A DNA stretch of 64,000 bases from Aulosira sp. ZfuVER01. Its GTDB lineage: Bacteria > Cyanobacteriota > Cyanobacteriia > Cyanobacteriales > Nostocaceae. Positions 1-9,773 of this stretch are shown in pieces; within the stretch, counting starts at the first letter, position 1; each line of letters begins with the position of its first letter. The notes under the pieces were generated by a model. That model did no database searches. It was not told the origin of the DNA and saw nothing but the letters and a program-made list of their open reading frames with translations. The stretch lies in NCBI GenBank assembly GCA_034530615.2, contig JAVRCV020000041.1, positions 192,001 to 256,000 of the forward strand, written 5' to 3'. Position numbers and translations under genes: made by a program.

Positions 1-868
1 CCCATCCAAAAATCTGCGCCAGTCTCTCTTCCTCCGCCTCTATAGCTTCTGCAAAGGTTTCACAAGTAAGAGGATCTGCCTGTGGATTGGGAAAGCCGAC
101 TCGGGCTTCTAGAGTTACGACATCACCTGGTTTGAGAGTAACCGTTAAGTAACCAGGGCTATAAAGGTCTTCGCGATCGCCTAATCCCCGTTGAGTCTCT
201 TCTGGTAATTGATAATCCCAGTACCATACTCCATCAGGTCGATAGTCTCCATGCGTCCAGCGTAAATGCCAAGGTGTGCCAAAGTGCTTGCCATGAATCG
301 CTTGCAAGCAAATTTGCTGGGGTAACAGCACTTGAGAAAAGTGTAATTCTGGAGAGGCTGTTTGTTGATGGTGAAAGTCGCGATCGCCAATCAGCAATCG
401 TAGTCTCAAAATGGCTACTTCTTTACCTTCGTAGCGATACTGAATCAAAAGGCGATCGCACAAGGTTGGGGGGGACAAGGGAGACAGGGGAGAAAATGAT
501 CCCTTATTTGCAGCGTTCTCCGGCTCTACTAACCCATAGGGCATGATGAATTGTCTACTTAGTTGCCAATTATCCTTGCTCCAAATCCATTTTGGAACTG
601 GGTTAATCTCAAAAGAGCGTAGAAGTTCGTAGCCAGTAGGTTCAATTCGCCCACTACTCCAGTAATTTGTCCCTAGTGCGACAACTTGCCCTTGGACTTC
701 TAGGCTAGCTTCTAAGTGCGATAGCAGCAGGGTACGCCCAGAAGGTGGATTTGTCGCCGCAAATAACCAACCGTGATAAGTGCGTGTACGGACATCCGAA
801 ACTGTACCACTGGCAAAACTACCTAAGCCATTGGTTAGTAACCACTCTCTTTGATCTAAATCTGCCAT
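1..868 (-). CDS. Amylo-alpha-1,6-glucosidase (glycogen debranching enzyme family), 5' part; runs off the window start
   Basis: Not in the ORF track because it is truncated. Manual translation from ATG at 868 gives MADLDQREWLLTNGLGSFASGTVSDVRTRTYHGWLFAATNPPSGR..., the typical GDE N-terminal signature; the frame stays open to position 2. Confidence 0.88.
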   Translation of the reverse strand, partial: MADLDQREWLLTNGLGSFASGTVSDVRTRTYHGWLFAATNPPSGRTLLLSHLEASLEVQGQVVALGTNYWSSGRIEPTGYELLRSFEINPVPKWIWSKDNWQLSRQFIMPYGLVEPENAANKGSFSPLSPLSPPTLCDRLLIQYRYEGKEVAILRLRLLIGDRDFHHQQTASPELHFSQVLLPQQICLQAIHGKHFGTPWHLRWTHGDYRPDGVWYWDYQLPEETQRGLGDREDLYSPGYLTVTLKPGDVVTLEARVGFPNPQADPLTCETFAEAIEAEEERLAQIFGW

Positions 869-1006
869 TTGCTACTCAAAATCGTTATGACTATGATATA
901 GTCGTAACAGATCGTAATTAAACTGTGACGGCGTGGATCGGTAAGTTTTTACTGACCCGAATTCCAACGCTAGTAAATGGATATAAGTTGAAGGAGAATT
1001 AGGTTC

Positions 1007-1618
1007 ATGTCCCTCACTTACGGAACAGAAGGATGCCTCCGCGTTGGTCAACAGGCTCCAGACTTTACAGCAACAGCTGTCGTGGATCAAGAATTTAAGA
1101 CCATCAAACTTTCCGACTATCGCGGTAAGTATGTTGTTCTATTCTTTTATCCCCTAGACTTTACCTTTGTTTGTCCCACTGAGATCACAGCATTTAGCGA
1201 TCGCTACGAAGAATTCAAGAAAATTAACACGGAAATTCTTGGTGTTTCCGTTGATAGCGAGTTCTCTCACCTAGCTTGGATTCAAACCGACCGCAAATCT
1301 GGTGGCGTTGGCGACCTGAATTATCCCTTAGTTGCCGACATCAAGAAAGAAGTCAGTGCAGCTTACAATGTTCTTGACCCAGCAGCAGGTATTGCTCTGC
1401 GCGGTTTGTTCATCATCGATAAAGATGGTGTCATCCAGCACGCTACCATTAACAATCTAGCTTTTGGACGTAGTGTTGATGAAACCCTGCGGACATTACA
1501 AGCAATTCAGTATGTACAGTCTCATCCCGACGAAGTTTGTCCTGCTGGTTGGCAACCTGGGGATAAAACCATGAATCCCGATCCAGTAAAATCTAAAGTT
1601 TACTTCTCTGCTGTCTAG
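1007..1618 (+). CDS. 2-Cys peroxiredoxin (AhpC/Tpx)
   Basis: [14 protein letters not shown] peroxidatic motif, EVCPAGW resolving Cys, GGVG and YF motifs; GAAGGAG RBS upstream. Confidence 0.96.
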   Translation: MSLTYGTEGCLRVGQQAPDFTATAVVDQEFKTIKLSDYRGKYVVLFFYPLDFTFVCPTEITAFSDRYEEFKKINTEILGVSVDSEFSHLAWIQTDRKSGGVGDLNYPLVADIKKEVSAAYNVLDPAAGIALRGLFIIDKDGVIQHATINNLAFGRSVDETLRTLQAIQYVQSHPDEVCPAGWQPGDKTMNPDPVKSKVYFSAV

Positions 1619-1892
1619 ATTGGTCTTGCCAGAAAACGGCAACGCAGTATACTGGATTGAAGAGCAGTATCATTAATCACCACAGATAACCACGGATGAA
1701 CACAGATACATAATGAATCAGTGTCAACTTCAGTGCCTATCTGTGGTTTTTTCATTGTGCTTCCTTACAGGATGCTACGCGAACGTGTGTCATTGGTCAG
1801 TTGCCATTAATCATTAAATTTTGCATTCTTGACTATGGACTTTTAGCTCTTGAATTTTGATTATTTGCATTTAAATAAACAGGAATAAAAAT

Positions 1893-2441
1893 ATGCTAAC
1901 TTCAACAGATTTTAGCGGCTTAATAAATGAACGATTCTTCCGTAATTTTCTGCCAATTCCAGCTATAACTCAGTTAAGGCTGGATGTAGGAACACCAGAT
2001 TTTCAACTACCAGATATTACCAACGGCAGTATAGTGAAGTTGTCGGATTATAGAGGCAAGCAACCAGTTTTACTGGCTTTTACACGGATATTTACAGAAA
2101 AGCAATATTGCCCTTTTTGCTATCCTCACATCAAATCTTTGAATGAAAACTACGAGCAATTTAAAGAGCGTGGTATAGAAGTTTTGCTGATTACTAGCAC
2201 TGACGAAAAGCAAAGCCAGATAGTGGTCAGAGATTTAGGGTTAAAAATGCCTTTATTAAGCGATCCTAATTGTCGAGTATTTCGTAGATATCGAGTAGGG
2301 CAAGCTTTAGGAGCACCTTTGCCAGCACAGTTTGTATTAGATCAACAAGGCAAACTCCGCTACTTTCATTTATTTTCTTTTTTGGATCATAACGCCAGTG
2401 TTGAGACATTGCTAGAAAAATTCGATTTATCAGTTCAGTAG
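1893..2441 (+). CDS. AhpC/TSA family peroxiredoxin-like protein
   Basis: PDFQLPD...KLSDYRGK...YCPFC, LLSDP, FVLDQQGKLRY thioredoxin-fold pattern. Confidence 0.85.
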   Translation: MLTSTDFSGLINERFFRNFLPIPAITQLRLDVGTPDFQLPDITNGSIVKLSDYRGKQPVLLAFTRIFTEKQYCPFCYPHIKSLNENYEQFKERGIEVLLITSTDEKQSQIVVRDLGLKMPLLSDPNCRVFRRYRVGQALGAPLPAQFVLDQQGKLRYFHLFSFLDHNASVETLLEKFDLSVQ

Positions 2442-2642
2442 ATAGAAGTTAATTAAACTCACTCTTTTGCCAAGAGTAATCAGGAAAGGGAACAGGGAAA
2501 AATCTTACCTTGTATCTTTTTCCATTTTTATTTCAAAAATTTTTCGAGAAAAATTTACATAATTTATTTGAATTTGCCGAATTACTTGTAAAGTATAAAA
2601 TTGACATTGCTTTGCATACTTACAAGGCTTTGAGATTTGCTT

Positions 2643-3287
2643 ATGCTGAAACTTTATCACTCCCCCATATCTCCAAACTCCCGCCGAGTCTGGATTACCC
2701 TGCTGGAAAAAGGCCTGGATTTTGAACTAGTAGAGGTAAAACTTGATGGAGAGCAGTTTCAACCAGATTTTTTGGCAATTAATCCTTTTCATCATATTCC
2801 AGTTTTAGAAGATGAAGGTTTTCATATAGTAGAATCAATAGCAATTTTGGACTATTTAGAGGCAAAGTATCCCACACCTGCGATGCTGCCTCAAGATGCC
2901 AAGGATTTAGCGATCGCGCGGATGGTACAAATGGTAACGATAAATGAGTTGTTATCGGCCATTATGCCGTTGACTCCGCAAATGTTGGGCTTGCCTGGTG
3001 GCGATCTAGAAAAGATGGAGCAGGCAAAGCAAAAAGCCTCAACCGTACTGAAGTTTTTCGAGAATTTACTAGACGATCGCCCTTACTTTGGTAGCGATCG
3101 CATAACTTTGGCTGAACCTGTAGCGGGAACCTTAGTACCTTGGTTGCCAAAAGGAGGTGTCTCCTTAAAAGACTATCCCAAACTCAGTGCTTGGTGTCAT
3201 CGCTTACTTGCACGTCCAACATGGCAAGCTACGGAAGTGCCTTTAGAAGTGCTGAAGGCTCGCATGGCTGCGAGAATGGCACAGTAG
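2643..3287 (+). CDS. Glutathione S-transferase family protein
   Basis: MLKLYH..SPNSRR, INPFHHIPVL, ESIAILDYLE; start moved to ATG 2643. Confidence 0.93.
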   Translation: MLKLYHSPISPNSRRVWITLLEKGLDFELVEVKLDGEQFQPDFLAINPFHHIPVLEDEGFHIVESIAILDYLEAKYPTPAMLPQDAKDLAIARMVQMVTINELLSAIMPLTPQMLGLPGGDLEKMEQAKQKASTVLKFFENLLDDRPYFGSDRITLAEPVAGTLVPWLPKGGVSLKDYPKLSAWCHRLLARPTWQATEVPLEVLKARMAARMAQ

Positions 3288-3335
3288 CAGGTTAAAGGAT
3301 TAAGCTCATACTGATGACAGCAGAGGGAATTTCTG

Positions 3336-3992
3336 ATGCTCAAACTTTACCACCAGCCGATTTCGGTGAACTCCCGTCGTCCTTGGATTGCCTTACTCGA
3401 AAAGGAACTGGATTTTGAATTAATAGAAATGAAACTGGATGGCGATCAGTTTCAGCCAGAATTTGTGGCGCTCAATCCTTTCCATCATATTCCGGTGTTA
3501 GTTGATGATGGCTTTAGGGTAATAGAATCCTTAGCAATTCTGGATTATTTAGAAGCCAAGTATTCCACGCCTGCTTTGTTGCCAAAAGAACCGAAAGCTT
3601 TAGCAATCGTGCGGATGGTAGAAATGCTGACGATAAATGAGCTACTACCTGCCATGAATCCACTGTTTAGGCAAATGATTGGCTTTGACGACGATCCCCA
3701 AAAGGGAGAAGAAGCAAAGCAGAAATCAGCCACCGTACTGGCTTTTTTTGAAGAACTATTAGGCGATCGCTCTTACTTTGGTAGTGAGCAATTAACTCTT
3801 GCTGATATTGTTGCCGGTAGTAGCATTCCCTGGCTACCGCAAATGGGAGTAACTTTAAATCCCAAACTCCAAGCTTGGTGCGATCGCATCATGCAACGTC
3901 CATCCTGGCAAAGTACTCAACCTACCCCAGAGGCAATTGAAGCGTTTAAGTCTCGGGTAAAAGTTTTAATGGCGAAAAATCAACCCCAATAA
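3336..3992 (+). CDS. Glutathione S-transferase family protein (tandem paralogue)
   Basis: Same GST motifs (LNPFHHIPVL, ESLAILDYLE, TLADI). Confidence 0.93.
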   Translation: MLKLYHQPISVNSRRPWIALLEKELDFELIEMKLDGDQFQPEFVALNPFHHIPVLVDDGFRVIESLAILDYLEAKYSTPALLPKEPKALAIVRMVEMLTINELLPAMNPLFRQMIGFDDDPQKGEEAKQKSATVLAFFEELLGDRSYFGSEQLTLADIVAGSSIPWLPQMGVTLNPKLQAWCDRIMQRPSWQSTQPTPEAIEAFKSRVKVLMAKNQPQ

Positions 3993-4046
3993 TTAGGCAG
4001 GGGAGCAGGGGGAGAAAAACTCCAGAAATTAAATAATTAAAATGGC

Positions 4047-4078
4047 TTCGCGCCTCAGATGCAAATTCTGGGCGCGAA
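4047..4078. terminator. Hairpin between convergent GST and DnaJ-family genes
   Basis: TTCGCGCC...GGCGCGAA inverted repeat. Confidence 0.5.
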
Positions 4079-4086
4079 ACATGATT

Positions 4087-5079
4087 TTATAGCTTGACCT
4101 GTTGCAAATGACTACGGGGATTATAGGTACGTATAGCTCGGATTTTTTCATAGTATTCCCGTTCTTGTTGGCTAAGGTCTTTTGGTGGGACAATCGCCAC
4201 CTTCACCAACTGATCGCCACGTCCACCCTTTGCCAAAGGCCAGCCTTTGCCACGCAAACGTAGGGATTGACCAGAACGCACTCCTGCAGGTAACTTGACG
4301 TTCACCGAACCATCAGGTGTGGGAACATCGATCGAAGCTCCCAGAGTTGCTTCATCTGGTGTAATCGCAACTTCACAAACAAGATTATCGCCTTCCATTT
4401 GGAAGAAAGAGTGAGGCTGAAATTCAACTTTTAAGTACAAATCACCACGTTGTTGGGTCATAGGATTTACTTGTCCTTTGCCCCGCACGCGCAGGCGAGT
4501 ACCGGGTTTAGCACCAGCAGGAATACGCACATCAATCGTTTCATTGCCGAGGCTAAAGCGCTTTTGTACACCTGCAAATGCTTCCGCAAAAGTTAGTGCG
4601 ATCGTAGCTTCGCTATCTTGGCTAGCACCTGCACCCGCACCTACATCTTGAAAACCAAAATCATTAAACCCGCCAAAACCACCAGGTCTCCCTGTGGAAG
4701 TACGATAAGAATAGCTTTGGCGACTGCTGCGAGGGCCAGCACCACCAAACAACTCATTGAGGAAATCATTAAAACTACCGTATTGGCTGAAGTCAAAGCC
4801 GCCCATATCGGCCCCAACGCCACCACCTGGGAAACCTTCACCAGCTTGTTTCCAGTATTGACCAAATTGGTCATACTTTTTGCGCTTGTCTGGGTCTGAC
4901 AAAACCTCATAGGCTTCGTTCACTTCTTTGAAACGCGCTTCTGCCTGTTTATTGCCTGGATTGACATCGGGATGAAACTTACGGGCTAATTTACGAAAAG
5001 CTTGTTTAATTTCCTCTGGAGTGGCAGTCTTACTAACTCCCAAAATTGAGTAATAGTCTTTGAAGTCGGTTGCAGCCAT
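4087..5079 (-). CDS. DnaJ-class (type II, CbpA-like) co-chaperone
   Basis: J domain with HPD, G/F-rich region, DnaJ C-terminal domain, no zinc finger. Confidence 0.93.
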   Translation of the reverse strand: MAATDFKDYYSILGVSKTATPEEIKQAFRKLARKFHPDVNPGNKQAEARFKEVNEAYEVLSDPDKRKKYDQFGQYWKQAGEGFPGGGVGADMGGFDFSQYGSFNDFLNELFGGAGPRSSRQSYSYRTSTGRPGGFGGFNDFGFQDVGAGAGASQDSEATIALTFAEAFAGVQKRFSLGNETIDVRIPAGAKPGTRLRVRGKGQVNPMTQQRGDLYLKVEFQPHSFFQMEGDNLVCEVAITPDEATLGASIDVPTPDGSVNVKLPAGVRSGQSLRLRGKGWPLAKGGRGDQLVKVAIVPPKDLSQQEREYYEKIRAIRTYNPRSHLQQVKL

Positions 5080-5136
5080 CTACCAGCCTCCTCTAGAAAT
5101 TTCTGTTATGTTATTCTTACAAAGTTCTGTTCGTCA

Positions 5137-5231
5137 CAGACGTTGGCGAAGCCATCGGAGGAAACCTCCGCTCAACGCCAGTTCGTTCAAGTCGGGAGAC
5201 CCGCCCACACGACTGGCTCGACTTTGCGCTT
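5137..5231. repeat. Small dispersed palindromic repeat(s), apparently nested
   Basis: CGGAGGAAACCTCCG hairpin plus AACGCCAGTT...CGGGAGACCCG...ACTGGCTC; the latter resembles the reverse complement of 22976-23021+. Confidence 0.6.
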
Positions 5232-5318
5232 TTTCTAAGATATGAGATTTGCGATTCTGCCAGGTATAATACCGGGCAATATAGATTCTGATTTTAAATT
5301 AACAAACATCATAGAAAA

Positions 5319-5903
5319 TCAAGTGGGGTTCTCGCTCGCCGGATGAGGGCAATTTCCGCACTCCCGCAATTGGGAAAAGCGAATTAGGCAGTCTAGACCT
5401 TCTTCTAAGTTTGGCGGGGCATCTCGGAGTTGACAATGCATTCTCAAGATGATTTCTTCAGGAACCTGGCGATCGCGTTTTTGATTACGTGCCAAACACA
5501 GCCACAATGGAGTATCTGCCCAAATCCCAATAATTTGGCTAAAACCCAAGTCGCGTGCTAGGGCAATGATCTCCCGACGATAGCCACGCTGGGCGTTAGT
5601 AGCGTCGTAAATCGTTGTTTTCCCTAGGATAGTAGCCTGCTGTAGTTGCCGCTGAATTTCCTGCCAAATGAGCAGCCACGACCCTTGAATCTCTTCATCG
5701 CCAAACAGAAGCCCCCGAATCGCATCTGTAGAAATCAGCAGCATTTGGGGGCATTTTGTCGCTAGTTTTTTTGCCCAGGTTGACTTACCACTCCCAGGAA
5801 GACCAATCATTAATAAAAGTGCTGAGTTGTGAGTAGCGAATGCTGAGTTGGGAATTAAGAGTGAAGAGTGATTAAAAGTTTTACTCATAAACTCAAAACT
5901 CAT
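5319..5903 (-). CDS. AAA_33-type P-loop kinase (polynucleotide kinase-like)
   Basis: GLPGSGKST Walker A, ISTDAIR, YDATN, RNQKRDRQVPEE; start uncertain because the N-terminus overlaps ACTCAGC-type heptamer repeats. Confidence 0.82.
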   Translation of the reverse strand: MSFEFMSKTFNHSSLLIPNSAFATHNSALLLMIGLPGSGKSTWAKKLATKCPQMLLISTDAIRGLLFGDEEIQGSWLLIWQEIQRQLQQATILGKTTIYDATNAQRGYRREIIALARDLGFSQIIGIWADTPLWLCLARNQKRDRQVPEEIILRMHCQLRDAPPNLEEGLDCLIRFSQLRECGNCPHPASENPT

Positions 5904-5929
5904 AACTCAGCACTCAGCACTCAGCACTG

Positions 5930-7219
5930 TTAAATAATTGTTCCATCGGGAATGACAGCATTTTTTAACACAACCACAATACCACTGCGGATATAGAATC
6001 CCTGACTTTCGCGATCGGCTTCTTGTACGTTGTCTTTATTGATAATTTTCACATCTCGACCGATGCGGGCGTTTTTATCAATAATTGCGCGCCGAATAAT
6101 GGTATCTGCACAAATGCCGACAGAAACCTCATCTTTTCCTATATTACACTGACGTTCAACAGAAGCTTGGTAATAGTCGGCACCCATAATTAGGGATTCT
6201 TCGATGATACTGCCAGATTCAACACGCGATCGCACTCCTAACACCGAGTGTTGAATGCGGCAATTTTTCAGAATACAACCTTCACCAATGATTGATTGGG
6301 TGATATTACAATCTAAAAGCTTAGTCGGAGGTAAGTAACGAGCGCGGGTATAAATTGGCGCTTCTTCGTCATAAAAGCTAAAGGGTGGTTGGGGTTGTTG
6401 AGTCAGCGCTAAGTTGGCATTATAAAACGCTTCGATGGTTCCAATATCTTCCCAGTAACCATCAAATAAGTAGGCTTGAACGTTGTAATCTTTAGCAGCA
6501 TCAGGAATGATTTCTTTACCAAAATCCGTACTTTCTAAAGATTCTCGCAATAACTTGATCAAAACATCTTTCTTAAAGACATAAATCCCCATCGAAGCGA
6601 TGTAGGGTTGGAGTTGAGCTTGTTCTTTGCTCAATCCGAGTATGGTGGTATCAACGCGCATTTGCGCTAAAGCTTCACCTTTAGGTTTTTCGCTAAAGTC
6701 AACCACCCTACCGGATTCATCAATTTTCATCAAGCCAAAATCGGAGGCGCGGCGATCGTCAATAGGAATAACTGACAAAGTAATATCCGCACCTGTTTCT
6801 CTATGGCGTTGGATAAACTCGCGGTAATCCATCCGATAAAGGTGATCCCCTGATAGAATCAAATATTCCTCTGCGTCCCATTCCTCCAATAGCCAGATGT
6901 ACTGACGCACGGCATCAGCTGTACCTTGGAACCAATTGGGGTTTTCTGGGGTTTGTTGTGCTGCCAAGACTTCAACAAAGCCTTCGCTGAAACCACTAAA
7001 ATTGTAGGCACGAGCAATGTGGCGGTTCAGAGACGCTGAGTTGAATTGTGTCAGGACGTAGATTTTAAATATTTCAGAATTTATGCAGTTGCTGACAGGG
7101 ATATCGATTAAGCGGTACTTTCCTGCAACTGGTACGGCGGGTTTTGCCCGTAGTTTCGTTAGCGGGTAAAGGCGAGTACCTGCACCACCACCAAGAATGA
7201 TTGCTAAAACTTTTTTCAC
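5930..7219 (-). CDS. glgC: Glucose-1-phosphate adenylyltransferase (ADP-glucose pyrophosphorylase)
   Basis: [55 protein letters not shown]. Confidence 0.98.
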   Translation of the reverse strand: MKKVLAIILGGGAGTRLYPLTKLRAKPAVPVAGKYRLIDIPVSNCINSEIFKIYVLTQFNSASLNRHIARAYNFSGFSEGFVEVLAAQQTPENPNWFQGTADAVRQYIWLLEEWDAEEYLILSGDHLYRMDYREFIQRHRETGADITLSVIPIDDRRASDFGLMKIDESGRVVDFSEKPKGEALAQMRVDTTILGLSKEQAQLQPYIASMGIYVFKKDVLIKLLRESLESTDFGKEIIPDAAKDYNVQAYLFDGYWEDIGTIEAFYNANLALTQQPQPPFSFYDEEAPIYTRARYLPPTKLLDCNITQSIIGEGCILKNCRIQHSVLGVRSRVESGSIIEESLIMGADYYQASVERQCNIGKDEVSVGICADTIIRRAIIDKNARIGRDVKIINKDNVQEADRESQGFYIRSGIVVVLKNAVIPDGTII

Positions 7220-7661
7220 AAAATGTCTCCCGACTCCCTTTCAACTCTCACCTTCAGTTTAGGACTGTATGTGGCAGCTGATAAGGGGGGATCGCAGATT
7301 CTGCTTAGTGAATTTTACAGAATGCTGCCGGTAATCAATGTCGCTGCCAATAACTACAGCCTTAAGAATTGTGTATTATCCAGCACTTAATAAATTGCAG
7401 CTATCGCTACACTGGTTTGACAATTAACCAATCTATTAAATGTAAAATCTCAGCTTTTTTTAACAAAACAGAATTTTGTAGACAGTACCACATACTGTTA
7501 CTCAGGTTATACAAACAACAAGATAGATACTTATAAAATTAAGAATAATTGTCAAATTCTGTTCACAAGTTTTTACTTGCTGGCTGTCAACCCTCGCTTA
7601 CAGTTTTGGGCAAAGTAAATTTGAGATTGTGGTTACACCAGAGACGCGATCGCCAAATATA

Positions 7662-7967
7662 TTAAACACTCAATTTACGAAAATTTAACCTTGTATTAAC
7701 CAAATGCAATTTCTGCGATAACTTAAGATATTGCACCCAAGGTTGCTCAGATAACTGGGCAATAGCATTTGCAGAAAGGTTTGCGGTAAAAACATCCTTT
7801 CCCTCAGCGATCCCACTGATACCTAAATTTTCTAGCACAGCAGTAGCAGTCGAGTCTATAACAGGTTCAGTATGGATAAAAACTGTCAAACTCGGTGTTT
7901 CTGGATCTTGTACTTCATTGAGTGCTGTCGCCAGTGCTGCGTCTAGCTTCTGATAATTCATAAGCAA
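7662..7967 (-). CDS. Hypothetical protein, possibly subtilase propeptide-like
   Basis: 101-aa ORF with protein-like composition; the fold guess is by eye only. Confidence 0.6.
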   Translation of the reverse strand: MLMNYQKLDAALATALNEVQDPETPSLTVFIHTEPVIDSTATAVLENLGISGIAEGKDVFTANLSANAIAQLSEQPWVQYLKLSQKLHLVNTRLNFRKLSV

Positions 7968-8061
7968 TTCCTTGGTGAGCGGGGCAAATATTGTTAACCT
8001 ACCCTATCACCAAGCTATCAAATTTATCAGATCTTATTACCTATCTTGATACAGAGGTAAT

Positions 8062-8325
8062 TTACAGGTGTCTACCTCTAATTACAGATTTTGGATTTTG
8101 ATTTGGGAAGTTTGTGAGAACTTTTACAGTTGAATTTTCACTCCAAATAACTGGAAACAGACATCTTGGGCTTTTACGACCACCTTTAGGACAGTCACGA
8201 TCGCAAAATTCTATTAGGTTCATTGATTTGGAACTTGCTTGGGCATCATTTTTATTCCCAAATTTTTTGCCTATTTCTGAAAAATCTTCTGATATTGCAG
8301 TTAATAAAATGAACTCCATATCCAT
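8062..8325 (-). CDS. Hypothetical 87-aa protein
   Basis: AAAGGA RBS just upstream of ATG; co-oriented downstream of the WD40 gene. Confidence 0.45.
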   Translation of the reverse strand: MDMEFILLTAISEDFSEIGKKFGNKNDAQASSKSMNLIEFCDRDCPKGGRKSPRCLFPVIWSENSTVKVLTNFPNQNPKSVIRGRHL

Positions 8326-8454
8326 TAATTCCTTTCCATCAAAATACTTGTTGTTTCAGTATATGCTTAATACTTTCAATTCCAAAAATTTGACTCCTAT
8401 CTATAAATTGTATATTTCAATTTGGGTATTTTAAATTATAAAATTTTTATTAAT

Positions 8455-9729
8455 TTATAAATTTTTAAATAAATCTATAAAATCACTAACAGTATCTTTC
8501 ATCTTTACTCCTAGGATTTTATTTGGAGAGTTATCTAAAACATTATTTAAGATATCAATAATTGCTAATCCTTTCATACTTATTAAATAATCATAGGCAT
8601 CTGTTGATAGTCTTTCTATAAGTGCTTCTTTACTCTCACCCATGTGTATAGTATCCCAAATTCTCACATTTTTATCGTCACCGCCAGAAGCGATAAATTT
8701 ACCATCATAGCTAAAACTAACGCTATTGATTTGGACTCCATGCCAAAATTCTGCAATTGGTTGTGAATTTTCATAATCTGGATTGGTGGTACTCCAAACT
8801 CTAACAAATCCATCTTTACTACCAGAGACAAGCATATTAGCATCAGCATTAAAACTGACTCCAAAAACTGCATCTTTATGTAGACAATTTTTAATAACCT
8901 GCTCTGTAGTTATATCCCATATCCGTACACGTTTATCTTTATAAGCTGCACCGATCATCTGACCATTTGAACTAAATTTAACATCATAGACTGCATTTTC
9001 TGTGTCTTCTAAATTTTCAGATTTATCTACTAAAGATTTTAGAAATTTCTTATCAGCAACATTCCAAATTTTTATTTCACTATTTCCACCAGCAGAAGCA
9101 ATTTTAGTACCATCATGACTAAAACATACTCCATAAACTTTAGGATCGTGCTGGCCAATCTCTATAAATTCATGCCGATTATCATCTAAAAGCTGCCAAA
9201 GTCTTACTCTATTATCCCAGTTAGCTGATGTAATTAACTTACTATCAGGACTGAACATCAGCTTTAAAGCTATTTGTTCTTCATCATCTGCTTCTGGCAT
9301 AATTGTTATATCAACACTATTACCATTTATGCTTTTTATTTTGATGATTCCGTCAGCATCACCCGAAGCAATCAATTCACCATCGTAACTAAAATTAACA
9401 GCCCAAACCGGACTATCATGTTTAATCTGCAAATTTTCAATAATTTTCCAGGAAGTTGGTAAAAAAATGTCGTCTTTTTGCTTGCGCCAAACTTTGACAG
9501 TTTTATCTACACTTGCAGATGCAATCATACTCCCATCATAGCTGACTCTTACATCATTTACATTCCCATCATGTGCGGGAACTTCACCATTTTCTCTTGG
9601 TAAGCGCCGACCATATTTACCTTCATATATCATTTCCTGAATATAATAAACAGCATTCGGATTTTGTTCAATTATATATTTAATTAATTCGTACAAAATT
9701 TTTTGGAATTCACTGTTGCGCTGTATCAT
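8455..9729 (-). CDS. Stand-alone WD40 repeat protein (about 7 blades)
   Basis: Repeated H..V..V.FS.DG..IAS...D..V.IW units. Confidence 0.9.
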   Translation of the reverse strand: MIQRNSEFQKILYELIKYIIEQNPNAVYYIQEMIYEGKYGRRLPRENGEVPAHDGNVNDVRVSYDGSMIASASVDKTVKVWRKQKDDIFLPTSWKIIENLQIKHDSPVWAVNFSYDGELIASGDADGIIKIKSINGNSVDITIMPEADDEEQIALKLMFSPDSKLITSANWDNRVRLWQLLDDNRHEFIEIGQHDPKVYGVCFSHDGTKIASAGGNSEIKIWNVADKKFLKSLVDKSENLEDTENAVYDVKFSSNGQMIGAAYKDKRVRIWDITTEQVIKNCLHKDAVFGVSFNADANMLVSGSKDGFVRVWSTTNPDYENSQPIAEFWHGVQINSVSFSYDGKFIASGGDDKNVRIWDTIHMGESKEALIERLSTDAYDYLISMKGLAIIDILNNVLDNSPNKILGVKMKDTVSDFIDLFKNL

Positions 9730-9773
9730 AGTTTTGTTTTTATATCAAAATATTTTTGTTACAAAAAAATACG

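Noticed and set aside
181..546. ORFs 181-390 (-) and 274-546 (+)
   Set aside because: They overlap the truncated debranching enzyme gene, which is in another frame
8114..8434. 106-aa plus-strand ORF
   Set aside because: Antisense to the 87-aa ORF that has an RBS and matches the locus orientation
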